Program-made: the position numbers and the translations under genes | In this document: positions 28,880-42,999 of the stretch, one piece after another | Layout of the letters: every line of letters begins with the position of its first letter | Position numbering within the stretch: position 1 is the stretch's first letter | Notes under the pieces: generated by a model | The model's input: only the letters and a program-made list of their open reading frames with translations | Databases searched by the model: none | Told to the model about the DNA's origin: nothing | NCBI GenBank assembly: GCA_951406725.2 | Contig: OX597821.1 | Location: 43,648,001 to 43,712,000, forward strand | Source of the DNA: Octopus vulgaris | Lineage: Eukaryota | Reading direction: 5' to 3' | DNA: 64,000 bases

Positions 28880-29105
28880 ATCATGAATACAGCACAATGC
28901 ACCAAAGAAGACGTGGGCAAAACAAACTGAGGAAAACCTGGAGTTGCAGTGCCTCGACCTCAAGTATGCTAAGGCCAGTACCACGGATCAGGAAGCATGG
29001 AATAACATCATCAGCAGAGTCATCAAACAGCACTCACAACAATGTATTGGCTGAGAGGGCAGCTTCCTCCTTGGGTTGCTAGCTAGTGATCTAAGAAGAA
29101 GAGAA
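28880..29105 (+). mobile_element. RTE-like LINE 3' fragment
   Basis: Frame APKKTWAKQ..TTDQEAWNNII resembles the RPxxTW..DRxxW C-terminus. Confidence 0.5.
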
Positions 29106-29556
29106 GAAGAGCTTCTCCTCAACTGGCACAAAGTTGCCTCCCTCAATACCACTCACCCTCATAGTTGAGGTGTCTCTGTGGCCTCATCGGTGTTGGTGTT
29201 GGATATTAACCTCCCCTCCAAAATACTAGGTATTGAACCAGTATTTCCTTGGATGATACCATCCTTTCATGAAGATGTATTTAAGTCACGATATATGGAT
29301 TCAAATAATCTGGTGTAACTCATAAAAAATGCTCCTTAATATATCATTCTACAAAACATATAAAATATATAGTACGATTCAATAGGATTTTTTGCATCTT
29401 GCATTAATGCAGACATCTAAGTAATTTACTTATTATTAAATATAATAATATAAATTATTTACATGTTTTTAAGTTATAAAACAATTTATCAGGGTATTAA
29501 AATTTTCTTATTGTTAAATAAAATTTCATTAAACTATTTCTCTTCCATTTATGACT

Positions 29557-29604
<48 letters not shown>

Positions 29605-29966
29605 ATATATATATTTCAATAATAAATCTTAGAGCAAGTTATAAACAGTAGCTGCAACAGATCGTGACATATATTTGCCATTTAAATATGGCTAACCCCT
29701 AAGGGTGGATGCTACTGTAGTTTGTAGCCCCAGGAGGACACCTCCTTCAGCTGGCTTTAGACACACTTTCTGTGCCCTATTAGTATTTGCAAAGGGAAGG
29801 TGCAATGGGTGCCACATGTCAGATGTCGAAATGATTGCAGAGCTACGTGAAATGAAGTGCTTTGCTCAAGAACACAACACAATGCCCGGTCTAGGAATCG
29901 AACATACGATTTTGCAGTTGTGAGTGCAACACCCTAACCACTAAGCATTACATATACATACATACA

Positions 29967-30224
29967 TATATTAATCAAACTGTACAGTGTTGTATATCCA
30001 TTATGACCAATCTTCTGAATCAGTTTCAAATTAGGTATTAAACCAGATACTAAATAACAAAAGAACAGTTGCCCAAGGTTTTTTTCCATACCTGCCAGCT
30101 CTGACAAGCATGCTGTATTATCTAATCTTGCTGTTTTCTCACATCTTGTTTAATACCTATTGTGAAACCAGTTGGTAAGATCAGTTGAAATAGATCGATA
30201 ATACTGCATACTTTGGTTAATATA
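29967..30224. mobile_element. old MITE with ~90-bp imperfect TIRs
   Basis: tatattaatcaaa..taggtattaaac pairs with gtttaataccta..tttggttaatata. Confidence 0.6.
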
Positions 30225-30911
30225 CCCACCTCTATTAACAAATATACGAATACCTATCTTTTTCTGACTTATGGATTCTTAGGTTACTACGCACACACAT
30301 ATTTGTAGATGCGCACACAGATATATATATATGCATAATTACAAGTTGAGATTATTTTTGTTTATTGCAACGAGTAGTTTATAATAACAATATCACATAA
30401 TGAATATTACTAACTATACCACTCTCATATATCTACATCTATAATTACATCTCTCTGTCTGTCTCTCTCTCTCTGTCTATCTCGCTATCAGTCTGTCTGT
30501 CTGTCTGTGTATTTGAACATTTATATTCATGTTTTGGGGGACAGATTGAATAAACAAAGCATGAAACTAATACTGATGTGTTGATTTGAATGCATTAATA
30601 CAAATTTGAGGAATAGTATTCTAGGGAATATATGCAAATACTAAGATAAACTACTACTACTACTACTACTAATAATAATAATAATAATCCTTTCTACTAT
30701 AGGCACATTTTGTGGGAGGGGACTAGTCGACTACATCGACCCCTCCCCCAATGTTTTACTGGTACTTAATTTATCAACTCCAAAAGGATGAAATGCAAAG
30801 TTGACCTCAGTGGAATTTGAACTCCGAATGCAAAGACCGACGAAATATGACTAAGCATTTTGCCCAGCATGCTAATGGTTCTGCCAGCTCACTGCCTTAA
30901 TAATAATAATA

Positions 30912-32150
30912 GTAAAGTTTTAAGAGTTACTAAATATGGTCTTTTCTATGACCGCACAGAGAGAAATGGTAGTGTTCTTAGAATGATACATCTAGTGATG
31001 GTGTCACAATAAAAACACTGGTAATTGTGAACCTGATAATCTCTACCTCATATAAGTGACAATGAAAAAACAAAATATTGTGAACGACGGTGGTAATGAA
31101 ACTGATGCCAATGATGGTGACAGTGTTACACCCGGTAGGCTCAGAGACTCTGGATTGGCTCCAGCCTTACAATATCCAGAAAGGGACACCACACACACAG
31201 CGTAGCTGGAGCAAGCAAATTAATGCTGTGGTCATGGAGTGTTACTACCTGAGCAGCCTGGTAGATGAAAATGGTGCTCAAATTAGGGGTTACCGACAAT
31301 GTATGTATAATCATTGGAGAGAAAAGGGATTGTTTCAACTCACGGAACAGAGACTATGTGATCAAGCTTGAGCAATAAGAAAAAATTGTTGGTTCACAGA
31401 AGTAGAGCTTGAAGCTATCAAAAGACGGGTCATGGAAAATAGCAGCAGAGATAACAATGAAAATATAGTTCTTACTAATAAGAGTAATCCCATAGCACAG
31501 GAAAGGAGCAGTGGTAGTTTACTTGATGAGAGACATATAGATGATCTAAAAGTAGACAATAAAGCTAATGGCGACATGACAGATGAACAAAAGGCAATCT
31601 ACGACAGAATACAGGTAAGACTACAGGAGAACGATAGCGACATTATTTGCATCCTTAAAAAGGTTGATTGATGGAAATTGAACCAAGAAACGAAAAATGT
31701 CAAGGAAAATCTGAAATACATCAGAACAAACAACATCACAGAAACAAATAATTTGATCAAGGCAGCAAGTATTGTTGTTGTAGAAAACTATGCTGGATCA
31801 TAGATATAGCATGCCCAGCTAACAACAAGGTATGCAATAAGGAAGAAAGAAAAATCGAGAGATATGACAGGTTAGCTTGGGAAGTTAAGCAGTTGTGGTC
31901 AACGAAAAAGGTAGCAGTAGTACTAATAACTGTCGGAGCCCTGGGAACAGTGAGCAAAAATCTTGAGAAGTACATGGAACAATATAGGGGCTGCAATAAG
32001 GGTGGAGCACTTGCAGAAAACAGCACTGCTTGGAACTACTCGAATTTTCCAGAAGGTGCTCGAAAAATAAGAAGTGTTACCTTAGTTCACTGGTAGTGAA
32101 CAGCTGATACTGTAGAACATCTCTGGTGTTAGAAGCTGTGCAAAGGCAAT
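30912..32150 (+). mobile_element. internally deleted R4/Dong-clade element (N-terminus fused to endonuclease C-terminus, RT absent)
   Basis: WSKQINAVVMECYY..GYRQCM..TEQRLCDQA N-terminal motif, then IIDIACP..KIERYDRL..VGALG..LQKTALLGT; (TAA)n at both ends. Confidence 0.85.
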
Positions 32151-33479
32151 TATAATAATGATAATAATATAAGATTTATGATGTTGACAATGATGATGAT
32201 GATGATGGTAATGGTGGTGTTGTTGGTGATGGTGCTAATAACGATAGTGATGATAATGAGAAAGAGCCACAAGAGAAAGAAGAAACAGAGAAAGAAGAAA
32301 GAGGAGGAGGAAAAGAAGAAAAAGAAGAAGGTAATGATGATGATGATTATGATTTTTTTTTATTGTTTCATACTTTTACTTGATTCATTCCTTGTTCTGT
32401 GGTGCCACAGTGAAGGGTTTACTCAATGAAATCAACCCCAGGACTTCTTTTACAGTATTTATTCTATCGGCCCTTTTTGCTGCATTGCTGACTGATGGGG
32501 ATGTAAACAAACTAACATCGGGTTTTCAAGCAATGAAGGAGAAAAATACAAAGATATACACACACACACACATGCACACACACATACACACATACACACA
32601 CATGCACACACACATGTACATACACAAGTAACTTTTAAAACAATGTTTAACCCTAATTTTCAGGAATATTACAGGCTCTTCTAATTATAGACCATCACTA
32701 ATTGCAATAATTTCGTCTGATGATGCTTAATTATATCAGAAAGAAGGCCACTCCAGCAGATACCGGAAAAGCTATAGAGAATATTTCATTTTAAGCTTTT
32801 CGATTTAATTGGGTTTCATTAATTTCATATCATGTGCTATTTTCCCATGATCCTCTTCCAATTTGACCAAGATATTTTACAATTTTTTTTCATTTCTGCT
32901 CTTTCTGATGTCTAAGGATGAATAGTGATGTGTACGAGTCTTTTTTTGAATGTAATTCAAGAAAATTGAAGAAGAAAATTTACCTTATTTTGTTTTACTC
33001 ATTTTGCCCCAGCTAAATTTGTCATTTGCATGCTCAAAGAGAATGGAGTTAATTTTCTGAAATAGTGTCCTGAATATGCTTTTAATGCATTTAGAGGAGT
33101 TCATTTGCTTAGCTGATACAGTTTTTGTAAGGTAGTGAACATTTGGAGAAAATAAGTATTTTCTCAAAGTCAAAAATGCAGTAAATCTTACGTATTGTAC
33201 CCCCCACCCCACACATATCCGGTTTCATATCAATTTCCATCAATGAAAAGCATTCCCAAGACACTGGTCTGTCCATGGCTATAGTAGAAGGCACTTATCC
33301 AAAGTGTTACTGAACATGAGACTGTGTGGTTAACAAACATCTTGACCACACTGCAATACTTTCACCTCTCTTTGTTGAATTAAGATTTTAAAGTTTCAAA
33401 CTGAATGCAAGAATTATCATTTAGGCAATCAATTTGAGAGTAGCATCACTAATAAAGTATGGGGTGGATATCATTGATT

Positions 33480-34180
33480 AGAGGAAGAGTGAGTTGATGA
33501 ACTGAAAGACATCAGCAAGTAAATGAGTGAGCTGTTCACAATGTACAGAAATGTGTACCTCCCCACCTCATCGGATGTGGACCATATATACTGGGAAAGG
33601 GTAGAAGAAGGAAGGGAGTTAATGATTGGTGAAGAGGTACAAGAAGTAAAGAAAATAACTCTAGAATTTTTTGTGGATGCGAAAAAAGGATTTCTTAGTG
33701 AAAGGATATTTATAGAGTTAATAGAAACCATAGGTAAAAAGCAGGAAAATATGGGAAAATAGAAGTCATATTCTGAAGGAAAGAAATTCTATTTAGTTCT
33801 ATTCAAAAAGACATAAGAGGAAGATTAAAGAGATGACAATAATAGCTGGATTTTGTTAAAGAAAGAAATATGGAAGAAAAAAGCAGAAGAAATGATTTTC
33901 AGTAATTCAGAAAGATACTGCCAAAGGAAATTTGGATCAAGAGTATGATAGATACACAAGACTGTCACGTAGAATGTGCAATGATACATGTAAGATTTTT
34001 GTTCACATTATATCTGAATACCCATAGTTTGCTCAAAATGAGTATAAAATGTTTAGATACAATAAAATTGTTGCAATAATTCACTGGGATTTTTAGAAAA
34101 GGTTCAGCTTTGTATGCATAGAAAGCAGCTTTTACCATTTTATGGGAAGAAAATTAAATTTCCTGAAAACAATGAAGTGA
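33480..34180 (+). mobile_element. old R4/Dong-clade fragment (post-RT region and zinc knuckle)
   Basis: PTSSDVDHIY..EEGREL motif and CRMC..HIISE..AQNEYK..IIHW. Confidence 0.7.
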
Positions 34181-34389
34181 TAATAATAATGACAAAATAC
34201 ATAGTGGTGGTAGTGGTGGTGGTGAGGAGGTAACAAAGACATGTGAGGTTGACAAACAAGTTATCCAATAGTGAGGAGAAAGACAAGGATGAAATAAAAA
34301 TTTGTAAAACACATGTAATGATTACAGATATTAATTAAAGAAATACAATAGAAAACAAGAATAAGTAAAACAAGATTCAGTTTGTTATA

Positions 34390-35790
34390 AAGTCATCACC
34401 ATTGTAACCATGGTTGAACATTCCTGGCAATCTCTCCACAATCTGTGATTTACCATTGCTCATAGTAACGTCTCACTGAGGTTTGTATCATCTGAGAGTT
34501 GATCAATGAGAGTTCAAGCAAGCCTTCCTCTACTGTGTCTCCTGTGAGTTGGTTTCCATAATAGTAGCTTGTGTATAACTACTTCTCCAGCAATGTCTGG
34601 CAAACTGTAACCATCTTTCAACAATTGTAGTTGTTATCCTGGGCAAGGTTCCATATAAATTTTCATTTCTAGCATGTTAATGCCAGTTTATGTTTTGTAC
34701 AACCCTAAACCTTTAAGTTTTATCACCATCTAGTTTCTTCTCAAGTGCTTGTATCAGGATCTATAAACCTGATCCATACAACAACACTGACACAACAGAT
34801 GTTCTGACGAATGACATTTTAATTTTTCTGCATAGATCTAACTTCTATATCTTTCCTGTTTCGTTCATTGCCACCCAGGCTTTGATAGTTTTAATGTCAA
34901 TGCCCTTTTTCTTTGCTGAACTTATCCAGCTGCTTAGATGCAGAAAATCATCAACTGGATTTAGTATTCTGCCAAATAACAGTGGAAAACTGTCACCTGT
35001 GTTGATCAAGCCTTCTCCCCATGGTCCTGATGATTTATCCACTTTAAATTGTCCATCTATTTATAAAGACTGAATCATTGGTGCAAAGTTCATGGGTTAG
35101 AGTGGATCAGAAAGATCCTATGTTTGAAGCTGGACTGACATATCATACAACATGGATTCTCTTGGTGCATTTTAACAACAACCTATCTTTTTTTAAGGAC
35201 CTTTGTACTCTGATGTCAATCCTCACTGGTTAGCACTTTGTCTGACTAACTTTTTGTGTTTAAATTACTTGTATCAGATCTTTGATGCTCGTGTAAACAA
35301 CTTTGAAAGAAGCAGTTCCTTCTCATTGTTGGACTCTTCCCTACACTTCTTGATTGCTGTCTGTCTTTATCTTTCAATGGTGAAGGGCTTTGCCATTTAT
35401 TTTTTGTCTTCCATAAATGCCTCCAAGTCCTCACCAGTCTCATTAGTGGATAGATTGATACTGCTACCATGTATGTGTGTGTGTGTGTGTGTGTAGTAGG
35501 GATGGGGATTCTCTTTTGCCTACTTTCTTTTGGAATGTATTGTTTTTGTTGTTGTTGTCCTTCCATCTTTTCCTCACTGTTACCAATGGTTATGGGCAGA
35601 GGAATGGTCCTCGCTGCCCTGGTCAGCTCCTGGAATTCAAAATATGGTGATCCTTTCCAACGTTTTCCTGTTGTCTTAGGAACACAACCTTCTGTAGGCC
35701 ACTACTGCTGGTACTGTTTGTTTTTTTCCTCCAAGCAGAAAGTCTTAAATGATTTTTTTATGCTACATATGCAGTAGCTACTTTAACAGT
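34390..35790 (-). mobile_element. decayed RTE/RTEX-like LINE
   Basis: DDFLHLSSWI..KAWVAM, SVLLYGS, NENLYGTLPRI..LQFARHCWRS. Confidence 0.75.
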
Positions 35791-37263
35791 TACTTTAACA
35801 CATGTGCAAATAGTTGCTTTTCCTGCTACATGTATTACTACCACCTGCGACAGTACATGTGTTACTGTTGCACATGTGGTAGTTTATCTCTTTTGCTTTG
35901 AATAATCAGTGCTAGAACTTTTCTTCTGGTACCTACTTCATGGCACACCTCTTAAATTGTTTTGTGGTCACGTGGAGTCATGGTAACGTTTCCTTCTTGA
36001 GTCATATTGACTGATAAGGGCTGGTTTCCCAGTTCCCATGACATATATATTCCCTACCTGGACAGAACACTGGTCTGTGACAGGATTGCTCCTTTTTGGC
36101 AGCTGAGTGAACTGGAGCAACCTGAAATAAAGTGTTTTGCTCAAGAACACAACACATCGCCTGGTATAGGAATCAAAACCAAAATCTTACAATCATGAGT
36201 CCAACACCTTATCCACTAAGCCATGTGTCTCAACATGGAGTCATGAGGACATATATGTTCATAGTGACCTTACCTAGCTCCATGTCATTAAAAGTCACAT
36301 CAGCACTAACCACTTGCCCCTATTGCTCCATGAAAATAAGGGGCCAGTTTATAAATAGCTGTATCATGTATAAAAAAATAAATGTGCCCTTTTAAAGCCT
36401 AGCTAGGCTCATGGGCCCGGTTTCTTGGTTTCAATGGCATATGTGTTCCCCAGCTGGATGGGACGCCAGTCCATCGCAGCATTACTCATTTTTGCCAGCT
36501 GAGTGGACTGGAGCAACGGGAAATGAAGTGTTTTGCTCAAGAACACAACATGTTGTCTGGTCCATCAGTTTTGAAAGTAATACCTATTATACTATTTGTA
36601 CTCTCTCTCTCTCCACCCTTATGTTGATTTTACTCCAGCCTGTCATCAAGAGCTACTTTTAATTACTCTTTGGAAGATACATGGACCCTATAATCATGGC
36701 AGGGCACAGGTAACTCACCTTTCTTTTCTCTTTTGCTTTGGTAGAAAAGCATACATTTTCATGAGATAATGTTGCCATGTAACTGTTCTCTTCCTTAAAT
36801 GTTCCAAATGAAGCACTTGTTTGTTTAAACAAGTAGAATTGGACCTAGATTTGAAGCAGATTTGTTTGAGAATAATGTGAGTGTGTGTAAATGTTATAAT
36901 TTTTATTGTTGATATTCTAAAACTTGTTTATTATATTAATGTTTCCTACTGAAATATTAATTCTCTTTTATGTGCTCATTTGGCAAATGGCAAGAATGTG
37001 TATTAATGATGTTGTTATTGCTCTTGTTGTTGATGTTGTTGTCAGTGTTTCCATAAATTTTACAATATTCTGTACAATGTTATTGTTTTCTGTTAAAGGG
37101 TGGATGTTGTTCTCTTTTGCTCTTTGTACTTCACATTCTTTTTGTTTTTATTTTTTATTTTCATTTGTGAATAGTAATTTTGAGTTCATTCGTATTCTTA
37201 GGGCATGTATAACCATTTTGTTGTGAAGTGGCCATACCTATAAATTTGAATAGACAAGAAAGG

Positions 37264-37346
<83 letters not shown>

Positions 37347-38084
37347 TATTTAAAAAGGTAAGACAAGTCTCTTTGCTTGGGAAATAATCCAAATTTGATA
37401 AAAAGCAAAACTTTTATTTACTTTTATTTACAAGGTAAAAATACAAATCTTCAGAGCAAGAAAACACAGAGGTTGTCAGAGTAGTAGTAGTACCACCACC
37501 ACCACTGTTATCACTACCAACAACAACAATTGTGTATAACATAGGCATGAGATGACTGCAATTCCTGACATATTCTTAATTTTTTTGATCCCACAAAAGA
37601 TGAAGGCAAATGGTGAGATGTGACCTCAGAACTTTGACACGAGGCCATACATTTTGTAGGAAAGTAGAATTAATTAAACTGATCCAATATTTGGGATTAT
37701 ATTTTTAATGACTTTGTCAAAAGAAGAATAGTAACACCCATGACTCATTACATAGTGTCTGAAATTGGTAGATGGAAGAGAGAAAGTTTAATCTTAGCCC
37801 AGTGGCATAGAACTGAATGCTTGGAACTAAGTCTATTCCACTAAAGATCCCCAAGAATTAGTCGGTGATGTTAGACTGGGTGACAAGTTGACAATCCATC
37901 AACAAAGTTGTCACCTCTAAAGGTATCCAAGGACCAGGTGATGGTGTTAAAGTGGGCTCAGATTAAATCTTTTTTTTACTCTGAGGATTAACATTCAACA
38001 TTTTATTTTTGCTTACTATCTAGCCCTATTTTTGGGTCTTGAAGGCAAATTACATGTTCACATATGTTTGGTTTTGTGTGTGTT

Positions 38085-38203
<119 letters not shown>

Positions 38204-38724
38204 ATGTGTTTGTGTGGTGGAAGATCTTGTCCTCAAGGTAGCTAGATTTTCCTAATACTTCTTAAACAAGTATGTGCTTTACCGCAAACCAGTAGATCCA
38301 TCTGTAATTCCTGTTATAGTGTGAATTAACAAAAATAAAAAACAAAATACATATATAACTATGTATCAATTTTCTGTTTGACTCTCACATAAAACCAAGC
38401 ATCCTCATTTTACATGTTTCCACAAACTGAACAGGTTATATCCTTACCATGATTTCTTTGGCAAATGCCATTATATTCATCATTTACAGGGGATATGCTT
38501 GTTGCATTTTATAGCTTCAGTGATACTGAAGAATTTGTAATGTCTTTAACATGACTAATGAGTTTTCTCTGTACTATGTTGCTAACCACATTATATAGTG
38601 TAGAAGGTACATGTTATTGTGGCACCTACACTAGTGTGGTTCCTTTGTCCCTGGCAGGATTCAGAGGCTCCCTCAACATAATATTGTCTCTTTTCACTAG
38701 CACCAGAGGTTTATTTTGTCTTTG

Positions 38725-38757
<33 letters not shown>

Positions 38758-38939
38758 AAAAGAGAGAGAGAAAGAGAGAGAGATAGAGAAAGAGAGAGAA
38801 TGAGGAAAGTCTGTCATGAATGATAGTGTGGGAGTAATTGGAAACTGTACATATGTGTCTGTATGTATATACATATATACATACATGTGTGTGTGTGTAT
38901 GTGTGTGTGTGTGTGTGAAGGGTATGTATGTATACTTTT

Positions 38940-39097
38940 ATTAAAGCTGCAAAGATCACAACTGTCCAACAAACAGGAATGTGAAACTCTGTGTAACAGT
39001 TTTTGTGATAATTTTGCAGTTTTAATAAAAGCATATTACTCTAGCTTTGGTATTCGAGTACTATTTTTTCCACCTTGTTTTCCACTTATATCCTCAC
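38940..39097 (+). mobile_element. copy of the 53881 family, with decayed minimal hammerhead at 38961-39000
   Basis: actgt-ccaacaa-acaggaatgt-GAAA-ctctgtg-TA-acagt; similar to 53974-54135. Confidence 0.65.
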
Positions 39098-39867
39098 CTG
39101 TGTGTGTGTGTGTGTATGAACAGAAAGGTTTCATGCTTAAGTACTAGTCAAAATGGACAGAATTGAAACAATTGCTTATAAGTTGGCATGATAGACATTT
39201 TATAAACTTTTGGGAGAAAGAGAAATAATTCCTTTTTGAATAATGGATATTGAAATTCATAAAACTACAAATTACAGCATCATGTAAATATTGAATTGAA
39301 AAACCTCTCTGGATAAAATCTAATTGTTCAGAGGAAAAGGAAAGATAAAGTCAACCCCCATGCCCTGTGAACTTAAACCCTAAAGCTACAAAGTAAATAC
39401 TGCAGAAATTTTATCTGGTGCTCTATTAATTTTTTTTCAATCCATTGTTGCACAGGTGTAGTTGTGTGGTTTAGAAGCTTCTTTCCCAATTACATGGTTC
39501 TAGGTTCAGTCACATTGTGTGCTACCTTGGACACAGTGTCTTCGACTATAGCCTAGGGCTGACCAAAGCCATGTGAATAAATTTGCTAGACAGAAACTAA
39601 AAGAAGTGTGTTCTGTATATCTATCAATCTATCTATCTGTCTGTCTGTCCATCTAACTATCCGACCATCTGACTGTCCGTCCGTCTGTGTGTCTGTCTAG
39701 CTGTCTATCTCTAAGTATGTACATATATGTGCATGATTGTGAGCGTTGACAGTTGTGAGTTTCACTGTCATACAAGCAGTGTCATTCATTTCCAATTACC
39801 CCTTGCTTGGAAGTAGATCAGGATTGGCTCCAGAAGCATGCATTAGACTGTAGAAAATATGCCTTAA

Positions 39868-40089
39868 CCCTTTAGTGTTTGCATTATTCTACCAAAATTA
39901 ATGCTTCTTCATCTACATTGTTTTGAATTAATCATGCATTATCTTGTAGCTATGAGATTTCGATGAGGTAACTGTTAATTTTTAAAACAATATTGTAGGG
40001 TTGGTGTGAGAGACCAGATATGGCTAGTTTGAACATAAAAAAAGGCTGAATATTTTTGGCCGGATATGGCCGGTTTAAATGCTAAAGGG
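39868..40089. mobile_element. piggyBac-type MITE nested in an RTE-tail repeat
   Basis: TTAA|ccctttag...ctaaaggg|TTAA; second copy at 47882-48101. Confidence 0.88.
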
Positions 40090-40745
40090 TTAAACTCTGT
40101 CCGACCCATACAAGAATGGAAAAAGTGGACATTAAAGCGTTGATGATGATGGTGGTGGTGGTAATAGGTGCAAGCAAAGAATTAGTTGTGAAGGTGGAAA
40201 TGAATGAGAAGTCATTTAAGTTTTTGTTATGATATAATGCAATATTCCTTGAACAATTACTATGATATAGGTGTGGTACGGCACCAGGAAGTATGTCTTA
40301 ATGACCTAAAATAAACACCTACTTATTAATATAGAGCTTATAATTGTTGTTGTTGCTGCTACTTTTATTATTATCATATTCATGGGTATTGTTCACTGCT
40401 AAAGATGTCTGAAAGCGTATATTTATTTCCTTTGAATTTTTTCAATAAGTTTCTTTATTCAAACATTCAGTAGAGGAAATGTTTTATAAAGATTCTACTA
40501 TAAAATGCAATACAAATACAATATATAACATATTACCCTGTAAATAACTGGAGTTCTTAGCTTTAAATAAAATATTTCTTTTTTTCCCACCAAAGTCAGC
40601 TTGTCTTTGCCTCTCTGTTTGTCTCTCTCTTTCTCTCACTTTTTCTCCTTCTCTTACCACTTTCTCAACCTCTCTCCCAGTTTCTCTCCCTCTTTCCCCT
40701 GTGTGCGTGTGTACTTGTGTGCATGTATGTATACGTATACGTATA

Positions 40746-40776
<31 letters not shown>

Positions 40777-40906
40777 TTCTATGTTAAACAATGATGATGA
40801 TGATGATATATATATGTGTGTGTGTGCTGCATGTGTGTGTGTGTGTGTGTGAGTGAATCTGTGTATTTTATGTGTGAGTATATATATATATATATATATA
40901 TATATG

Positions 40907-40947
<41 letters not shown>

Positions 40948-41336
40948 GATGACGATGATATATATATGAAACTACGCATGCACACACCATACCTATATAT
41001 AATTGGAGCATCTCACTCAGATTTGTATATGACATCATACACACACTTATATGTGCATATATATATAGATATACAAAACTCTACACCCACACATGACAAA
41101 CATTTACAACCACCTACATACCCCCACCCGTATATATATATATGAGCAAACCATCCCAATCAGGACTGACAAGATCCATTCATACACACTCTCATGTATG
41201 CACATAAAACTACACATATACCCACACATGACAAAACATACCAACCTAGATACAGATAAATGTATGTATATGTGTGTGTGTGTGTGTGTATGTGTGTGTG
41301 TGTGTTTATGTATATATATAAGTATATATATGTATA

Positions 41337-41403
<67 letters not shown>

Positions 41404-42071
41404 ACTCGTATACGAGCTAATCCTATTATAAATATATATATATATACATACATACATACATACATACCACATATATTAGTTTGGAATCTATATCTAAAGC
41501 ATATGTTTATAAATCTATCTCCACCGCCTCCTCATAATACATGTCACTCAGTACTTTTCTGAACTTACACTTGGCAGAGAGAACAGCTTCTGTACCTTCC
41601 AACTTCAGTTCATCTTGTGCCTCTGGGCCTGCCTAACTCTTATTTTCAGGTAGGGGCTAGATATTCTATGTGAGTGATACATTCTTCACTGATCTACATC
41701 AATGGTACATTTTTTCATCAGGAAACGACTTTGATATTCACTACTAATTGCCAGTGTCATTTCCTTGTGAGCATGAAGCCTCTCTGGTTTGAGTTGTTAC
41801 CTGACTGGGAGGTGACCAGGGGCCTTGCTGGTCTTCTGTCATCATCTGCAACACCAAAAGTCTTCATTCAACTAATATCCAGAGGCTTTGTTCCCTGTTC
41901 CCTTTTTATTTCTTGTATGAGGGTGAGCCAGAAAGTAATGCAATATATATATATATATATTTGAAGACATGAAACGATTGTAGTGGCAGTTTATTTATTT
42001 TATATTAAAATTTTGATGTATTGATTAAGTCTTTCCTTGTTTGTTTTGCAAAATAGTGGTTTTGTCTCGAA

Positions 42072-42111
<40 letters not shown>

Positions 42112-42169
42112 AAAATTAAAAGAGACAATGGTATGCAATATTTAGCAAAATGGAAAACCATAATTGAAG

Positions 42170-42990
42170 GCTAGAAAGCTGCCACTGGAGTCAGCAAGAC
42201 ATATGCAGGAAGACAAAGATAAAGGTCTACAAGGCGTGTGTGCTCTCTTCTCTGTGCCTGCGAGACCTGGGTCACATATTGATACCAACTTAAACAGCTG
42301 GAATGTTACCATCAGATGTGTCTCAGACGGATCTATGGCATCAATTGGGAGGACCGCATCAGTGATCTTGAGATATTAGAAGGCTCTCAGTGTGAAAATA
42401 TAGAAGCTCTTGTGTTGAAGCAAAGGCTCAGATGGAGTGATCATCTGGTCAGGGTGAAAGACTCAAGGATGCCAAAACAACTCTTTTATGGAGAATTAGC
42501 TAAAGGAGAATGACCTCAACATAAACTAAAAAAGAGATATAAAGACTTGCTGAAGGCTTCCTTGAAAGATGCTAGCATCTCTCCTGACACATGGGAGGGC
42601 ATAGCTATTTACCGTAGCAGGTGGAGAAGGATTGTGCATGAGGGGATGGCTTCTTTTGAGAAAAATCGAGTTGCGCATGAGAAAGTGAGGAGGGATGTCA
42701 GGGAGGGCAATGCTGTTTCACTTCCAGTTGGTAAGGGTCTTCTTATGACACTAATATGTAGTGTCTGTGCAAGACCCTGCCTCAGTAAAGCTGGGCTCAA
42801 GAGTCATCTTTGTAGTCAGAAAGTGAGACCAATGATGACTATCAGGCTGCTGGTGGTGGTGCTACACACCATACTAATCATATCTGTCGGGCATGTGGAA
42901 GGGAGTGTGATTCAGTGAGAGGACTTAAATAACATGTAAAGGTACATGAAGCTCAATTACAATTACTGCCGGCTATTGCCAGTAAATGGC
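42170..42990 (+). mobile_element. RTE (BovB-like) LINE 3' part with two C2H2-like fingers
   Basis: KIKVYKACV, CLRRIYGINW, RLRWSDHLVR, PKQLFYGEL, then CSVC..KAGLKSH and CRAC..GLK*H..H. Confidence 0.85.
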
Positions 42991-42999
42991 TGCCCTGAA

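Noticed and set aside
32714-32810. CTGATGA followed by a gcttaa/ttaagc stem
   Set aside because: No GAAA after the stem and no stem I or III
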